Shown here: positions 1-13,591 of the stretch, in pieces
Position numbering within the stretch: position 1 is the first letter of the stretch
Layout: every line of letters begins with the position of its first letter
NCBI RefSeq assembly: GCF_963921235.1
Contig: NC_086100.1
Span: forward strand, 203,920,001-203,984,000
Source of the DNA: Mobula hypostoma
Taxonomy: Eukaryota
Reading direction: 5' to 3'
Length of the DNA: 64,000 nucleotides
The notes under the pieces: model-generated
Databases searched by the model: none
Seen by the model: the letters and a program-made list of their open reading frames with translations, nothing else
What the model was told of the DNA's origin: nothing
Program-made: the position numbers and the translations under genes

Positions 1-85
1 TCGCTGCACGTGTTTGGTACCAGTCTCCTTCTGCAAATTGCTGACACATTAACAATGACAGGACGAAGATGAACGCAGTTCTCAT
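1..85 (-). CDS. Candidate first coding exon of an unidentified secreted protein (runs off window edge): MRTAFIFVLSLLMCQQFAEGDWYQTRAA...
   Basis: Manual translation from ATG at 85-83 (context ACAAAATGA, A at -3). Basic residue, hydrophobic core and A-E-G small-residue pattern resemble a signal peptide. TATA box about 70 nt upstream. Too short for the ORF track. Confidence 0.6.
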   Translation of the reverse strand, partial: MRTAFIFVLSLLMCQQFAEGDWYQTRAA

Positions 86-120
86 TTTGTTCCCTCTTCA
101 GTACCGGAGAGCGAGAGAAG

Positions 121-687
121 GAGATCTGGAATATTGTCGGAGATGCCGCAGTATTTATACTGAACTGGTTGGTATGTTGTGTTGTCTGGAATAGATTGGT
201 TCTTGCGGCGGGTGTGGTACTGGAGTGACAGGGTTCCCAGCTGTTTCTACAGTGAGGTTTCATTGGTGGGCGGTGACATATGGATCAATGTTCAAACACT
301 CATAAGGCGTTTTTTTTTTCTCTTCTGAGGGACGAGTGCTCATTGTTAACCGGAAATATCGAGCGATGCTGCAAGTGTAATCAGTAACGTATTCCGTTCT
401 GCTCTATCCCAGAACTGTAATCTTCAAGCTGACGCCTGGCTCTGCCAGGTGTCCAGTGAGAGACAACGCGACTCTGCCCAGCACAGTTAAACACCCACAC
501 GTTAATTTCACACGATTTCTAGCGTTTCTCTAATCGGAACTTCAACGTGAATGCCAGAGCTTTCCACAGTTCTAACTATGCCGTGAACCGGATGTAATAT
601 CAACACACTGCTCCTCAGCTCAGCAGTCATTATTTTCATAGAATTCTCACGCTTTCATTTCTGGATTAATGTTTGTTCAGTTTATTG
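121..687 (-). promoter_or_regulatory. Putative Pol II promoter of the left-edge gene (module copy P0)
   Basis: Minus-strand TATAAATA at 152-159, CCAAT at 195-199 and 262-266, GC box GGGCGG at 268-273. The region is homologous to five other copies in the window. Confidence 0.55.
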
Positions 688-920
688 CAGGGGTCCCCAA
701 CCTTTTTTGCACTGCGGACCGGCTTAAGATTGCCAAAATTCTTGCGGACGGGCCGACCCTGGGGGGCGGTGGGGGGAGGCGGTATGGTTGCCAACGGACA
801 AGAGTAGTATTTGCCCCGAAACACTACAATGACTATGTAGCCTTGCCCGGGCACCAGTGCGCATGCATGACCTGCGCATGCGTGACCTGAGCATGCGTGT
901 ACCTGCCGATATTATTCTCT
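688..920. mobile_element. Truncated hAT/Charlie-like non-autonomous DNA transposon end
   Basis: Starts CAGGGGTCCCCAACCTTTTT, typical of hAT-Charlie termini. The matching right terminus was not seen. Confidence 0.45.
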
Positions 921-2340
921 GCAAACAACAGGTATTTTGCAGATGCTGGAAATTGAATCAACACACATCAAAGTTGCTGGTGAACGCAGCAGGCCAGGCA
1001 GCATCTGTAGGAAGAGGTGCAGTCGACGTTTCAGGCCGAGACCCTTCGTCAGGACTAACTGAAGGAAGGGTGAGTAAGGGATTTGAAAGTTGGAGGGGAA
1101 GGGGAAGATCCAAGATGATAGGAGAAGACAGGAGGGGGAGGGATAGAGCCAAGAGCTGGACAGGTGATAGGCAAAAGGGGATACGAGGGGATCATGGGAC
1201 AGGAGGTCCGGGAAGAAAGACAATGGGGGGGGGAACCCAGAGGATGGGCAAGAGGTATATTCAGAGGGACAGAGGGAGAAAAAGGAGAGTGAGAGGAAGA
1301 ATGTGTGTATAAAAATAAGTAACAGAATGGGTACGATGGGGAGGTGGGGCCTTAGCAGAAGTTAGAGAAGTCGATGTTCATGCCATCAGGTTGGAGGCTA
1401 CCCAGTCGGAATATAAGGTGTTGTTCCTCCAACCTGAGTGTGGCTTCATCTTTACAGTAGAGGAGGCCATGGATAGACATGTCAGAATGGGAATGGGATG
1501 TGGAATTAAAATGTGTGGCCACTGGGAGTTCCTGCTTTCTCTGGCGGACAGAGCGTAGATGTTCAGCAAAGTGGTCTCCCAGTCTGCGTAGGGTCCCGCC
1601 AATATATAAAAGGCCACATCCGGAGCACCGGACGCAGTATATCACCCCAGTCGACTCACAGGTGAAGTTTTGCCACACCTGGAAGGACTGTTTGGGGCCC
1701 TGAATGGTGGCAAGGGAGGAAGTGTAAGGGCATGTGTAGCACTTGTTCCGCTTACACGGATAAGTGCCAGGAGGGAGATCAGTGGGGAGGGATGGGGCGG
1801 GGGGGACGAATGGACAAGGGAGTTGCGTAGGGAGCGATCCCTGCGGAATGCAGGGGGGGGGGGAAGATGTGCTCAGTGGTGGGATCCCGTTGGAGGTGGC
1901 GGGAGTTACGGAGAATAATCTGTTGGACCCGGAGGCTGGTAGGGTGGTAGGTGAGGACCAGGGGAACCCTATTCCTAGTGGGGTGGTGGGAGGATGGAGT
2001 GAGAGCAGATGTACGTGAAATGGGGGAGATGCGTTTAAGAGCAGAGTTGATAGTGGAGGAAGGGAAGCCCCTTTCTTTAAAAAAGGATGACATCTCCCTC
2101 GTCCTAGAATGAAAAGCCTCATCCTGAGATCAGATGCGGCGGAGACGGAGGAATTGCGAGAAGGGGATGGCGTTTTTGCAAGAGACAGGGTGAGAAGAGG
2201 AATAGTCCAGATAGCTGTGAGAGTCAGTAGGCTTATGGTAGACATCAGTGGACAAGCTGTCTCCAGAGACAGAGACAGAAAGAGCTAGGAAGGGGAGGGA
2301 GGTGTCGAAAATAGGATCTAGAAAGGGGAGGGAGGTGTCC
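921..2340 (-). mobile_element. 5'-truncated Penelope-like element (RT C-terminal remnant, GIY-YIG endonuclease, 3' pseudo-LTR)
   Basis: ORFs 1779-2093 and 1352-2245 give ...KERGFPSSTI...VPLVLTYHP and FTCESTGVIYCVRCSGCGLLYIG..HFAEH..PVATHFN..H..LQPDGMN, broken by a stop and frameshift. 3' region carries a hammerhead motif. Confidence 0.9.
1021..1056 (-). ncRNA. Minimal type I hammerhead ribozyme motif, intact core
   Basis: Minus strand reads AGTC CTGACGA AGGGTCTCGGCCT GAAAC GTC GACT: stem I AGTC/GACT, CUGANGA and GAAA core, GUC cleavage triplet, palindromic ACGT stem III. Confidence 0.8.
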
Positions 2341-2575
2341 GAATGTCTCTGCTGGGGTATCGCCTGTCCATCACTTCAAACAGTTCAGGGTTCAAAGGGG
2401 GAGCCGATCTTGACAGCTCTCCTTCCGTTACTCTCTCCCGTCCCTTCATTAACATCTCCAAATGCTGCTCCATTGTTTTCCTTATCTCTCTCTCTCTCCT
2501 GAAGTCAGGTGGCAGACCAACTGCTGATCCCACTGGTGCCAGCACAGGCCAGCTAACATCTTAATTTATGTGTAT

Positions 2576-5434
2576 TGAATTGAAAGTGCAGATTGTTATT
2601 AATGATTATGATTTAGTTGGGATCACAGAGACATGGCTCCAGGGTGACCAGGGATGGGAGCTCAACGTTCAGGGATATTCAATATTCAGGAGGGATAGAC
2701 ATGAAGGAAGGGGAGGTGGGGTGGCGTTGCTGGTTAAAGAAGAGATTAACGCAATAGAAAGGAAGGACATAAGCCGGGAAGATGTGGAATCGATATGGGT
2801 AGAGCTGCGTAACACTAAGGGGCAGAAGACGCTGGTGGGAGTTGTGTACAGGCCACCTAACAGTAGTAGTGAGGTCGGAGATGGTATTAAACAGGAAATT
2901 AGAAATGTGTGCAATAAAGGAACAGCAGTTATAATGGGTGACTTCAATCTACATGTAGACTGGGTGAACCAAATTGGTAAAGGTGCTGAGGAAGAGGATT
3001 TCTTGGAATGTATGCGGGATGGTTTTTTGAACCAACATGTCGAGGAACCAACTACAGAGCAGGCTATTCTGGATTGGGTTTTGAGCAATGAGGAAGGGTT
3101 AATTAGTGATCTTGTCGTGAGAGGCCCCTTGGGTAAGAGTGACCATAATATGGTGGAATTCTTCATTAATATGGAGAGTGAGATAGTTAATTCAGAAACA
3201 AAGGTTCTGAACTTAAAGAGGGGTAACTTTGAAGGTATGAGACGTGAATTAGCTAAGATAGACTGGCAAATGACACTTAAAAGATTGACGGTGGATATGC
3301 AATGGCAAGCATTTAAAGGTTGCATGGATGAACTACAACAATTGTTCATCCCAGTTTGGCAAAAGAATAAATCAAGGAAGGTAGTGCACCCGTGGCTGAC
3401 AAGAGAAATTAGGGATAGTATCAATTCCAAAGAAGTAGCATACAAATTAGCCAGAGAAAATGGCTCACCTGAGGACTGGGAGAAATTCAGAGTTCAGCAG
3501 AGGAGGACAAAGGGCTTAATTAGGAAGGGGAGAAAAGATTATGAGAGAAAACTGGCGGGGAACATAAAAACGGACTGTAAAAGCTTTTATAGATATGTAA
3601 AAAGGAAAAGACTGGTAAAGACAAATGTAGGTCCCCTGCAGACAGAAACAGGTGAATTGATTATGGGGAGCAAGGACATGGCAGACCAATTGAATAATTA
3701 CTTTGGTTCTGTCTTCACTAAGGAGGACATAAATTATATTCCAGAAATAGTAAGGGAGAGAGGGTCCAGTGAGATGGAGGAACTGAGTGAAATACATGTT
3801 AGTAGGGAAGTGGTGTTAGGTAAATTGAAGGGATTGAAGGCAGATAAATCCCCAGGGCCAGATGGTCTGCATCCCAGAGTGCTTAAGGAAGTAGCCCAAG
3901 AAATAGTGGATGCATTAGTGATAATTTTTCAAAACTCGTTAGATTCTGGACTAGTTCCTGAGGATTGGAGGGTGGCTAATGTAACCCCACTTTTTAAAAA
4001 AGGAGGGAGAGAGAAACCGGGGAATTATAGACCGGTTAGCCTAACGTCGATGGTGGGGAAACTGCTGGAGTCAGTTATCAAGGATGTGATAACAGCACAT
4101 TTGGAAAGCAGTGAAATGATCGGACAAAGTCAGCATGGATTTGTGAAAGGAAAATCATGTCTGACGAATCTCATAGAATTTTTTGAGGATGTAACTAGTA
4201 GAGTGGATAGGGGAGAACCAGTGGATGTGGTATATTTGGATTTTCAAAAGGCTTTTGACAAGGTCCCACACAGGAGATTAGTGTGCAAACTTAAAGCACA
4301 CGGTATTGGGGGTAAGGTATTGGTGTGGGTGGAGAATTGGTTAGCAGACAGGAAGCAAAGAGTGGGAATAAACGGGACCTTTTCAGAATGGCAGGCGGTG
4401 ACTAGTGGGGTACCGCAAGGCTCAGTGCTGGGACCCCAGTTGTTTAAAATATATATTAATGATTTGGATGAGAGAATTAAATGCAGCATCTCCAAGTTTG
4501 CGGATGACACGAAGCTGGGTGGCAGTGTTAGCAGTGAGGAGGATGCTAAGAGGATGCAGGGTGACTTGGATAGGTTGGGTGAGTGGACAAATTCATGGCA
4601 GATGCAATTTAATATGGATAAATGTGAAGTTATCCACTTTGGTGGCAAAAATAGGAAAACATATTATTATCTGAATGGTGGCCCATTAGGAAAAGGGGAG
4701 GTGCAACGAGACCTGGGTGTCATTATACCCCAGTCATTGAAAGTGGGCATGCAGGTACATCAGGCGGTGAAAAAGGCGAATGGTATGCTGGCATTTATAG
4801 CGAGAGGATTCGAGTACAGGAGCAGGGAGGTACTACTGCAGTTGCACAAGGCCTTGGTGAGACCACACCTGGAGTATTGTGTGCAGTTTTGGTCCCCTAA
4901 CCTGAGGAAAGACATCTTTGCCATAGAGGGAGTACAAAGAAGGTTCACCAGATTGATTCCTGGGATGGCAGGACTTTCATATGAAGAAAGACTGGATGAA
5001 CTGGGCTTGTACTCGTTGGAATTTAGGAGATTGAGGGGGGATCTGATTGAAACGTATAAGATCCTAAAGGGATTGGACAGGCTAGATGCAGGAAGATTGT
5101 CCCCGATGTTGGGAAGTCCAGAACGAGGGGTCACAGTTTGAGGATAGAGGGGAAGCCTTTTAGGACCGAGATTAGGAAAAACTTCTTCACACAGAGAGTG
5201 GTGAATCTGTGGAATTCTCTGCCACAGGAAACTGTTGAGGCCAGTTCATTGGCTATGTTTAAGAGGAAGTTAGATATGGCCCTTGTGGCTACAGGGGTCA
5301 GGGGGTATGGAGTGAAGGCTGGGGCGGGGTTCTGAGTTGGATGATCAGCCATGATCATAATAAATGGCGGTGCAGTCTCGAAGGTCCGAATGGCCTACTC
5401 CTGCACCTATTTTCTATGTTTCTATGTTTCTATG
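2576..5434 (+). mobile_element. CR1 LINE, subfamily A, 5'-truncated, ORF2 nearly intact
   Basis: ORF 2568-5141 has APE endonuclease motifs (GITETW, MGDFN, SDHN) and RT motifs ([24 protein letters not shown]). One frameshift near 5110. (TTTCTATG)n tail at about 5410-5434. Confidence 0.95.
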
Positions 5435-5444
5435 TATTCTCGTC

Positions 5445-6435
5445 ACAATTGTACATCAACGATCTGGATTATGGAATAGATGGCTTTGTGGATAAGTTTG
5501 CTGACGATACGAAGATAGGTGGAGGGGCCGGTACTGCTGAGGAAACACAGAGTCTGCAGAGAGACTTGGATAGATTGGAAGAATGGGCAGAGAAGTGGCA
5601 AATGAAGTACAATGTTGGAAAGTGTATGGTTATGCACTTTGGCAGAAAAAATAAACAGGCAGACTATTATTTAAATGGGGAAAGAATTCAAGGTTCTGAG
5701 ATGCAACGGGACTTGGGAGTCCTCGTACAGGATTCCCTTAAAGTTAACCTCCAGATTGCGTCAGTAGTGAAGAAGGCGAATGCAATGTTGGCATTCATTT
5801 CTAGAGGAATAGAGTATAGGAGCAGGGATGTGATGTTGAGGCTCTATAAGGCGCTGGTGAGACCTCACTTGGAGTACTGTGGGCAGTTTTGGTCTCCTTA
5901 TTTAAGAAAGGATGCGCTGACGTTGGAGAGGGTACAGAGAAGATTCACGAGAATGATTCCGGGAATGAGAGGGTTAACATATGAGGAACGTTTGTCCGCT
6001 CTTGGACTGTATTCCTTGGAGTTTAGAAGAATGAGGGGAGACCTCATAGAAACATTTCGAATGTTAAAAGGCATGGACAGAGTGGATGTGGCAAAGTTGT
6101 TTCCCAGGATGGGGGAGTCTAGTACGAGAGGGCATGACTTCAGGTTTGAAGGGCGCCCTTTCAGAACAGAAATGCGAAGAAATTTTTTTAGTCAGAGGGT
6201 GGTGAATCTATGGAATTTGTTGCCACGGGCAGCAGTGGAGGCCAGGTCATTGGGCGTATTTAAGGCAGAAATTGATAGGTATCTGAGTAGGCAGGGCAAC
6301 AAAGGTTACAGTGAGAAGGCGGGGCAGTGGGACTAAGTAGGATAAAATGGATCAGCTCATGATAAAATGGCGGAGCAGACTCGATGGGCCGAATGGCCTA
6401 CTTCTGCTCCTTTGTCTTATGGTCTTATGGTCTTA
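5445..6435 (+). mobile_element. CR1 LINE 3' fragment, subfamily B
   Basis: RT C-terminal half ([24 protein letters not shown]) in ORF 5341-6336. (TCTTATGG)n tail. Confidence 0.92.
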
Positions 6436-7840
6436 ACCATGTTTCACTAATAGCTACCACATCTTACTTCCAGGTACTAATCCATGCTTTAAGCTCATCT
6501 ACCTTTCTTACAATGCTCCTAATATTAAAATAAATGCATTTAAGACTTTTTCCACATCTTACTCTCTGTTTATCACTGACGATGCAAACAACTTCACTAT
6601 TTTATTTTTCTTCCTTCTTCCCTGCATCTGTTCCGACACTCTGGTTCCCCTCCCCCATTGTATCTAGTTTAAATCCATCGGAGCCTCTCTAGAAAACCTA
6701 CCTGCAAGATTATTTGTCCTCCTCCAGTTCAGATGTAAACCGTCCCACCTGATCAGGTCCCATCATCCCTGGAAAACTGCCCAATGATTTATAAATCTGA
6801 AGCCCTCCCTCCTGCACCACGTCTTCAGCCAAGTGTTGATCTGCTCTATCGCACTATTTCGAAACCCGCCTGCACGTGGCACTGGTAGCAATCCTGAGAT
6901 TGCTATCCTGGAGGTCCTGTCCTATAACTTGGCGCCTAACTCACAAAACCCACCTTTCAGGACCACCTCCCTCTTCCTACACACATCATTGGATGTACGT
7001 GGACCACGACATCCAGCTTCTCACCCTCCCTCTTGAGAATACCGAGAACTCAATCCGAGATATCGCGGACCTTGGCACCGGGGAGGCAACAGACCATCCG
7101 GGATTCTCGATCTCTTCCACAGAATCTCTTATCTGTCCCACTAACTATCGAATCCCCTATCACTACTGCTCTCCTCTTTTCCCTCCTTCCCTCCTGAGTT
7201 GAGGGTCCCATCTCAGTGCCAGATGCGCTTCCACTGCAACCTGTCCCTTGTTGCTCGTCCCCATCAACAGTATCCAAAACGATGTCCTTATTATTGGTGG
7301 GAACGGCCACAGGGGTGCTCTGCTCATTCTGTCTGTTCCCCTTCCCTCTCCTGACAGTTACTCAGCTACCTGTCTCCTGGCTCTTCGGGGTGACTATCTC
7401 CCTGTAACTCCTGCCTATTTCTGCCTCTGCCTCCCGAATGATATGAAGTTCATCCAGCTCCAGCTCCAGTTGCCTAACTCGGTTTGTCAGCAGCTGCAGC
7501 TGGACGCACCTTTTACAGGTGTAGTCATCAGGGACGATTGTGCTCGCCCTGACTAAGCACATCCTGCAAACGAAGCACTCAAATGCCCGAACTGCTGCCT
7601 CCATTACCTCCTCCTAAGGTAATTAGTTTTATTAAAGGAACTTACCCGGCCTGAGGTAACTTGGAGTGAAGCTCTTCCTCAGCCTCTGCTTTCCGAAGCC
7701 TCAGTAGCCAAAGCCTTCCCACTCTGTGTCCCTCTACTCCGTCGCCCGCGCCGTTAATCTGCTCTCTTTGAAATATTCCCGCTGCCTCACGGTCCGACGT
7801 GCACGCGCTTGTGCAGTCGTGCGTCGTTCAGCTGCCGAAG
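6436..7840 (-). mobile_element. CR1 LINE 5' portion (5'UTR, ORF1, start of ORF2), decayed
   Basis: ORF 7362-7604 has CxxC..CxxC plus a leucine zipper. ORF 7050-7310 has the esterase-like VVIGDSIV..MVCCLPGAKV. The APE start DVVAISETW is cut at 6436. Confidence 0.85.
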
Positions 7841-10529
7841 GAAAAACAATTGTGTGGGAGGCTTGTCTGAATTGATTGGGGAATATCCCTTTTGATTTGG
7901 TTGTGTGGGAAAAAAAGTAGAAATGGATTTTAGGAAATTTCTGGCATCGCCAAACCCTGTGGTTTTGAAGAGAGCTAAAAAGGATGATGTACGGGATATT
8001 GCTAAAGAACTGAGAATTGAGGTAAGGAATGGTATGACTAAGGTAGAAATTCAAAGAAAAATAGTTGAATATTATATTACGACGAAGCAATTTACTGAAG
8101 CTTCATTTGGAAAAATTAAAGATGGAATATTAATTGAAATCAAAACAGCTCGAGAGAGAATAGAGAGGCAGCAAAACAGAGAGAAGACAGTTTAAAAGGG
8201 AGATGTGGCAGCTGAGAAGTTTAGTGACAGACCCTGATGATTTTTACAGCTCGGACGGGGATGTTTTGTTTGATGAATTTAAAAGTTGTGTCCCCTATGA
8301 TGTAAGGGCATGCCTAGATAAAGAGGATGCCGCCACCCTGCGGGAGTCTGGTAAGAAAGCAGACGAAGTTGTTTTAACCCACGAGGTTGAGTTTACTCCA
8401 GATGAGAGTTTGCCAGAGAATAGCTGGTAGGCTCGGGGTGACCTTGAATTTGAACTGGGACTCGTGGTGACAGTACAGAAGAGGCAGCTGTCCCAATTGC
8501 ATGTTTTCAGGTTGTTGATGTATCTGTGGATTCACAGGGTACTGAAGCTTCTGTGAAACTCAGCTAAGGTCTGAGCTGTCTGTCTTGGTTGGAAAGGAAT
8601 GCAGTTTTTTTTGTGTCAAATCATCTTGGTTCCGTGAATCTGGAGTTAACCTTGGTACCAGTGGAGAGTGAGGATTGCCAGTCACTTGTATTAGACAGTG
8701 AGTTAAAAGTTAGCGACGAGGTGAAAATTAATGAGGTCAGTGTTACTAAAAATAAAGGGCAAAGTGCTGCTCCTGGACGTTTGAATGAAGTACTGGGAAA
8801 GATTGGTTTGGTTGTGCAACCTTTTACCCTGCTTGCAGAACAAAGCCCCTCTGAGGAAGGATGTGTAGCTCTGTTGAATTTTGTTTGGACATTTGGAGGT
8901 AAATGCCTGCAAGGTTATGATGTTATTCATGACGATGTTATGGAAGCAAGTCGAAGTGAAGGTCGTAGAAATTGATAAATGGATTGTTTGGCCTCTTCCA
9001 CCATGTACACATGGGTCTTATAAGTCTGGTGATGGTTCGAAGTTTAGTAAACAATGTGGGGAGATTGATACTTTCCAAGCTAAGGGTGATTTATCTATTC
9101 AACTGATGAGCAAAGCTGTTGCTAATGAACCACACAGAAAGACTGATGTTTATCCCACATGTTCAATTACTCGAAGCAAGTTTACAAAGTCTGCTGAGGC
9201 CCATTATAGCAAAACCAGAGGTTTAAAGTATGATGATGTGTCACAGACTTTTCTACCTTAAATGTTACAACAGTATTTGGGGAGTAAGGTATATGACGAA
9301 GGTTTGTCCTTATCGAGGAAGGAATTTATAGAGGAAGAGAATAATGATTTTGATATGGTGGCTTTAAAGGAGATAGCTATCATAGAAGAGGAGGTTCAGA
9401 GAGAGTCAGTAGGATATTATCTTAAAGATGGGTTAGTGAGGAAGTGGAGACCAGCCACGGTGCCTGCAAGTCAGGTAGTAGTTCCGAAAACTTACAAGGC
9501 TGACATTTTAAGCATGGCTTACAGTATGCCTTCAGGTGGACATTCTGGAGTAAGAACGACAGTGAACATGATTATGAAGGAATTCTACTGGCCCAATTTA
9601 AGAGGGGATGCTGTGAATTTTTTCAGGACTGGCCATACCTGCCAGGTTGATGGGAAATGTAATCAGGTGATTCAGGTAACACCACTTAAACCCATATATG
9701 TTTTTGGTGAACCTTTTTCTCGGGTTATAGTGGATTGTGTAGGGACATTGCTTAAGATTGCAGCTGGTCATCAGTATCTATTAACAATTATGTGTGCTCT
9801 GTCTAGATTCCCAGAAGATGTGCCTTTTGGAAACATCAAGCCCAAGATTGTGGTAAAAGCACTCAGTAAGTTTTTTAAACTGGTCGGTCTACCTGATGAA
9901 ATTCAATTTGACAAGGTAGTAACTTTACTTCCAGAAAATTCCAGGGGCTAGTTGGAGAATTGGGAGCTAGGTACAAAGTGTCACCTGCATATCACAGAGA
10001 GTCTAAGGGAGCCTTGCAAGGGTTCAACTCCACTCTTAAGACAATGATTAAAAGATATTGTATGAAAAATGGGAAAACTATTATGAGCGGGTTGCCCTAC
10101 TCTTATTTGCGGTTGAAGAGACGTTTCAAAAATCATTGGAGGTTAGTCTGGTGGAACCTGTGATCGGTTACAGGACAAAAGGACCTTTGACCCTACTCAG
10201 AGAATTATGGTCTGATTTGGAAACATGTGTCAGTGTGCTTAATTATGCTTTAAAATTCTGGAAAAGATTTAGAAAGGTTTGTGACCTTGAAAAGGAAAGT
10301 TTGCAGAATGTTCAATTTAAAAGAAAACACTTCATTGATAAAGTAGCACCTGAGAGAATTGTTATAAAAACAAATGGAGCCGTAGGGGCTGAAAATTAGA
10401 TGAAAAATAATTTCACCAAACTGAATCTAGTATCAATAAGATGTAGGAAACCCTTGTTTTGAAAAATATTACTGATAATGTCCATCAGTTGGAACCTAAA
10501 CGCCAAAAACAAGTGAAAGAATTAATTAG

Positions 10530-12719
10530 TCCATAAGATCATAAGACCAGAAAACAAAGGAGCAGAAGTCGGACTATACTCTATTCCTCTAGAAATGAAT
10601 GCCAGCATTGCATTCGCCTTCTTCACTACTGACTCAACCTGGAGGTTAACCTTAAGGGTATCCTACACGAGGACTCCCAAGTCCCGTTGCATCTCATAAG
10701 TTTGAACTCTCTCCCCATTAAAATAATAGTCGGCCCGTTTATTTGTTCTGCCAAAGTGCATAACCTGACACTTTCCAACATTGCACTGCATTTGCCACTT
10801 CTTTGCCATTCTTCCAATCTATCCAAGTCTTTCTGCATACTCTCTGTTTCCTCAGCACTACCCGCCCCTCTACCTATCTTCGTGCCATCATCAAACTTAG
10901 CCACAAAGCCAACTATTCCATAATCCAAATCGTTGATATACAACGTAAAAAGAAAAGGCCCCAAAACGGACCACTGTGGAACATCACTGGTAACCGGCAG
11001 CCAACCAGAATAGGATCCTTTTATTCCCTCTCTCTGTTTCCTGCCACTCAGCCAACGCCCTATCCAGGAATGTAACTTTCCATAATTCCGTGGGCTCTTA
11101 TCTTCTTAAGCAGCCTCATGTGTGGTGCCTTGTCAAAGGCCTTCTGAAAATCCAAATATACAAAATCCACTGCATCTCCCTTGTGGAGCCTACTGGTAAT
11201 TTCCTCAAAAAATTGTAATAGGTTTGTCAGGCAGGATTTTCCTTTAAGCAAACCATGCTGAGTTCTGCCTATCTAGTCATATGCCTCCAGGTACTCTGTA
11301 ACCTCATCCTTGACAATCGACTCCAACAACTTCCCAACAACTGATGTCAAGCTAACAGGTCTATAATTACCTTTTTGCTTCATTGCCCCGTTCTTAACTA
11401 GCGGAGTGACATTTGCAATCTTCCAGTCCTCCGGAACCATGCCAGAATCTATCGACTTTTGAAAGATCATCGCTATGCCTCTGCAGTCTCCACAGCTACT
11501 TCCTTCAGAACACGAGGGCGCATTCCATCTGTTCCGGGATATTTATCTACCGTTAGACTATTCAGCTTCCTGAGTACTTTCTCTGTCGCAATTGTGACTG
11601 CGCACACTTCTCTTCCCTGCCAGCCTTGAGTGTCCGGTATTTTGCTTATGTCTTCATCAGTGAAGACTGATGCAAAATACTCGTTCAGTTCATCCGCCAT
11701 CTCCTTATCTCCCTTTACAATTTCTCCAGCATCATGTTCTATCGGTCCTATATCTATTCTCACCTGCCTTTTACTCTTTATATACTAGAAAAAGCTTTTA
11801 GTATCCTCTTTGATATTATTTGCTCAACAACAAGCTGTTCTAAAATGCCATCTCGCAGACATTCTACAAATTCTCTCTCTTGAGATCCAGAGCCGACCTG
11901 ATTTTCCCAATCCACTCACATGTTTCAATCCCCAACAATTATTATAACACTGCCCTTCTGACAAGCCTTTTCTATTTCCTGTTGTAATTTGTAGTCCACA
12001 TCCCTGCAGCTATTTAGAGGCCTTTATCAAACTGCCATCAGGGTGCTTTAACCCCTGCTATTTCTTAGCTCAAACGATAAAGATTGAGAATCACTTCTTT
12101 CCAATGATTTAATATCATTTCTTACAAATTAAACCACGCCACCCCCTTTGCCTATCTTCCTATCCTTCTGATACACCGTGTATCCTTGGACGTTCAGCTC
12201 CCAGAGACATGCATCCTTTAGCCACGTCTCAGTGATGGCCATAATATCATGCCTGCCAATCTGTAGCTGTACGAAAAAAAAACATCCACCTTATTCCTTA
12301 TGCTGCGTCCAGTTAAGCATAACACCTAAAGACCAGTATTTGGTATTTTTCGCTTTGATTTCATTGCAACTTTATTGCACTGCAACTCATCCCAATGGTT
12401 ACAAATTTGCCCATCACCTGCCTGTCTTTCATGACATCTTTACTGCTCACGACCTTAGATTTATTTCTGTTTTCCCCTTCCTCCGCTCTATCATTCCGGT
12501 TACCATCCCCCTGCCAAATTAGTTTAAATCCTCCCTAACAGCTCTATTAAACCTTCCCGGCAGGATATTGGTCCTCTTCGGGTTCAGGTGTAACCTGTCC
12601 TTTTTTAACAGGTCATACTTCCTCCAGAAGAGATCCCAATGATCCAAGAATCTGAATCCCAACCCTCGCACCAGTCTCCCAGCCACACATTCACCTGCCT
12701 GATCCTACTATTCTGGCTA
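10530..12719 (-). mobile_element. CR1 LINE (subfamily B) with internal deletions, inserted into the Gypsy pol
   Basis: Minus-strand RT fragments (ORFs 10626-11763). Reverse tail CCATAAGA repeats at 10531. TSD TAATTAG at 10523-10529 and 12720-12726. Confidence 0.88.
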
Positions 12720-13591
12720 TAATTAGCAAGCATAAAGATTTATTCCCTGACGTTCCCCCTCATGGTGTACATGCTGAAAGGCATGACGTGATTATAAATT
12801 CAGCACAGCCCATAAAACAGCATCTTTACAGAATGACCTTTGACAAACTTAAAATGGTTGAACAAGAAATTGGAAACAAGAAAAAACAGGAAAGAGAATG
12901 GATGGCTGTATCGATGGAGTGCAGAAGGCTAAATACCTTACAAAGATTGGCTTGTTAAAACGATACTGGCTGTTCCTTTGACAGAGATGGCTAAAGTGAT
13001 ATCAATATTTGAGATACCATCTGGGCGGTGTGAATACAATGTTTTACCCTTCGGGATGGAAATTGCTCCAGGGACACTTCAAAGAATGATCAATTCTGTG
13101 ATTAGAGGTTAGAAAACACAGGGCCTAATATTGATGATTTCGTAGTCTAGAGTGGCTCCTGGGAGGAGCATATGGCAGCGGTAGAAAAACTGTTTGACAG
13201 ACTCCAAGGCCAATCTCACTGCGAACCTCGCTAAAAGTGAGTTTGGCCATGCCACCGTTACATTTCTGGGAAATGAGGTAGGCCAGGGCCAACTGGCTCC
13301 TGTAGAGTTCAAGGTTGAGCTACTGCTGAGGTTTCTATTCCAACCGGCAAGAAAGCTGTAAGGATTTCTGTATCGAATTTATATTAATGTCATAGACTTA
13401 GTAATATCTATAAAGTGTACTTGGTAAAACGTACTGGGTGTGCTGGCTGATGATTGATGTTTGGGATTGATTCGGGCGGCAACCGACTCCGTGGGAAGCG
13501 TTGAGGCAGATGCTGGTGGGATTTCCCCTAGAGATATACGAGCCAATAGACCTGAGTGTTACAAAGTTTTTAGGAATGATTGGGTATTATA

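Noticed and set aside
857..1312. 151-aa ORF and similar short ORFs at 52071, 61472 and 62619
   Set aside because: Translations of non-coding Penelope terminal sequence.
912..2352. TCTCTGC as TSD of the large Penelope copy
   Set aside because: Short, not flush with the element end, and the right flank does not clearly continue the hAT-like sequence.
2669..5358. Long antisense ORFs over CR1 copies (also 22303-22818, 46736-47641, 56654-57115)
   Set aside because: Shadow frames of LINE ORF2; they recur in every copy and show no independent motifs.
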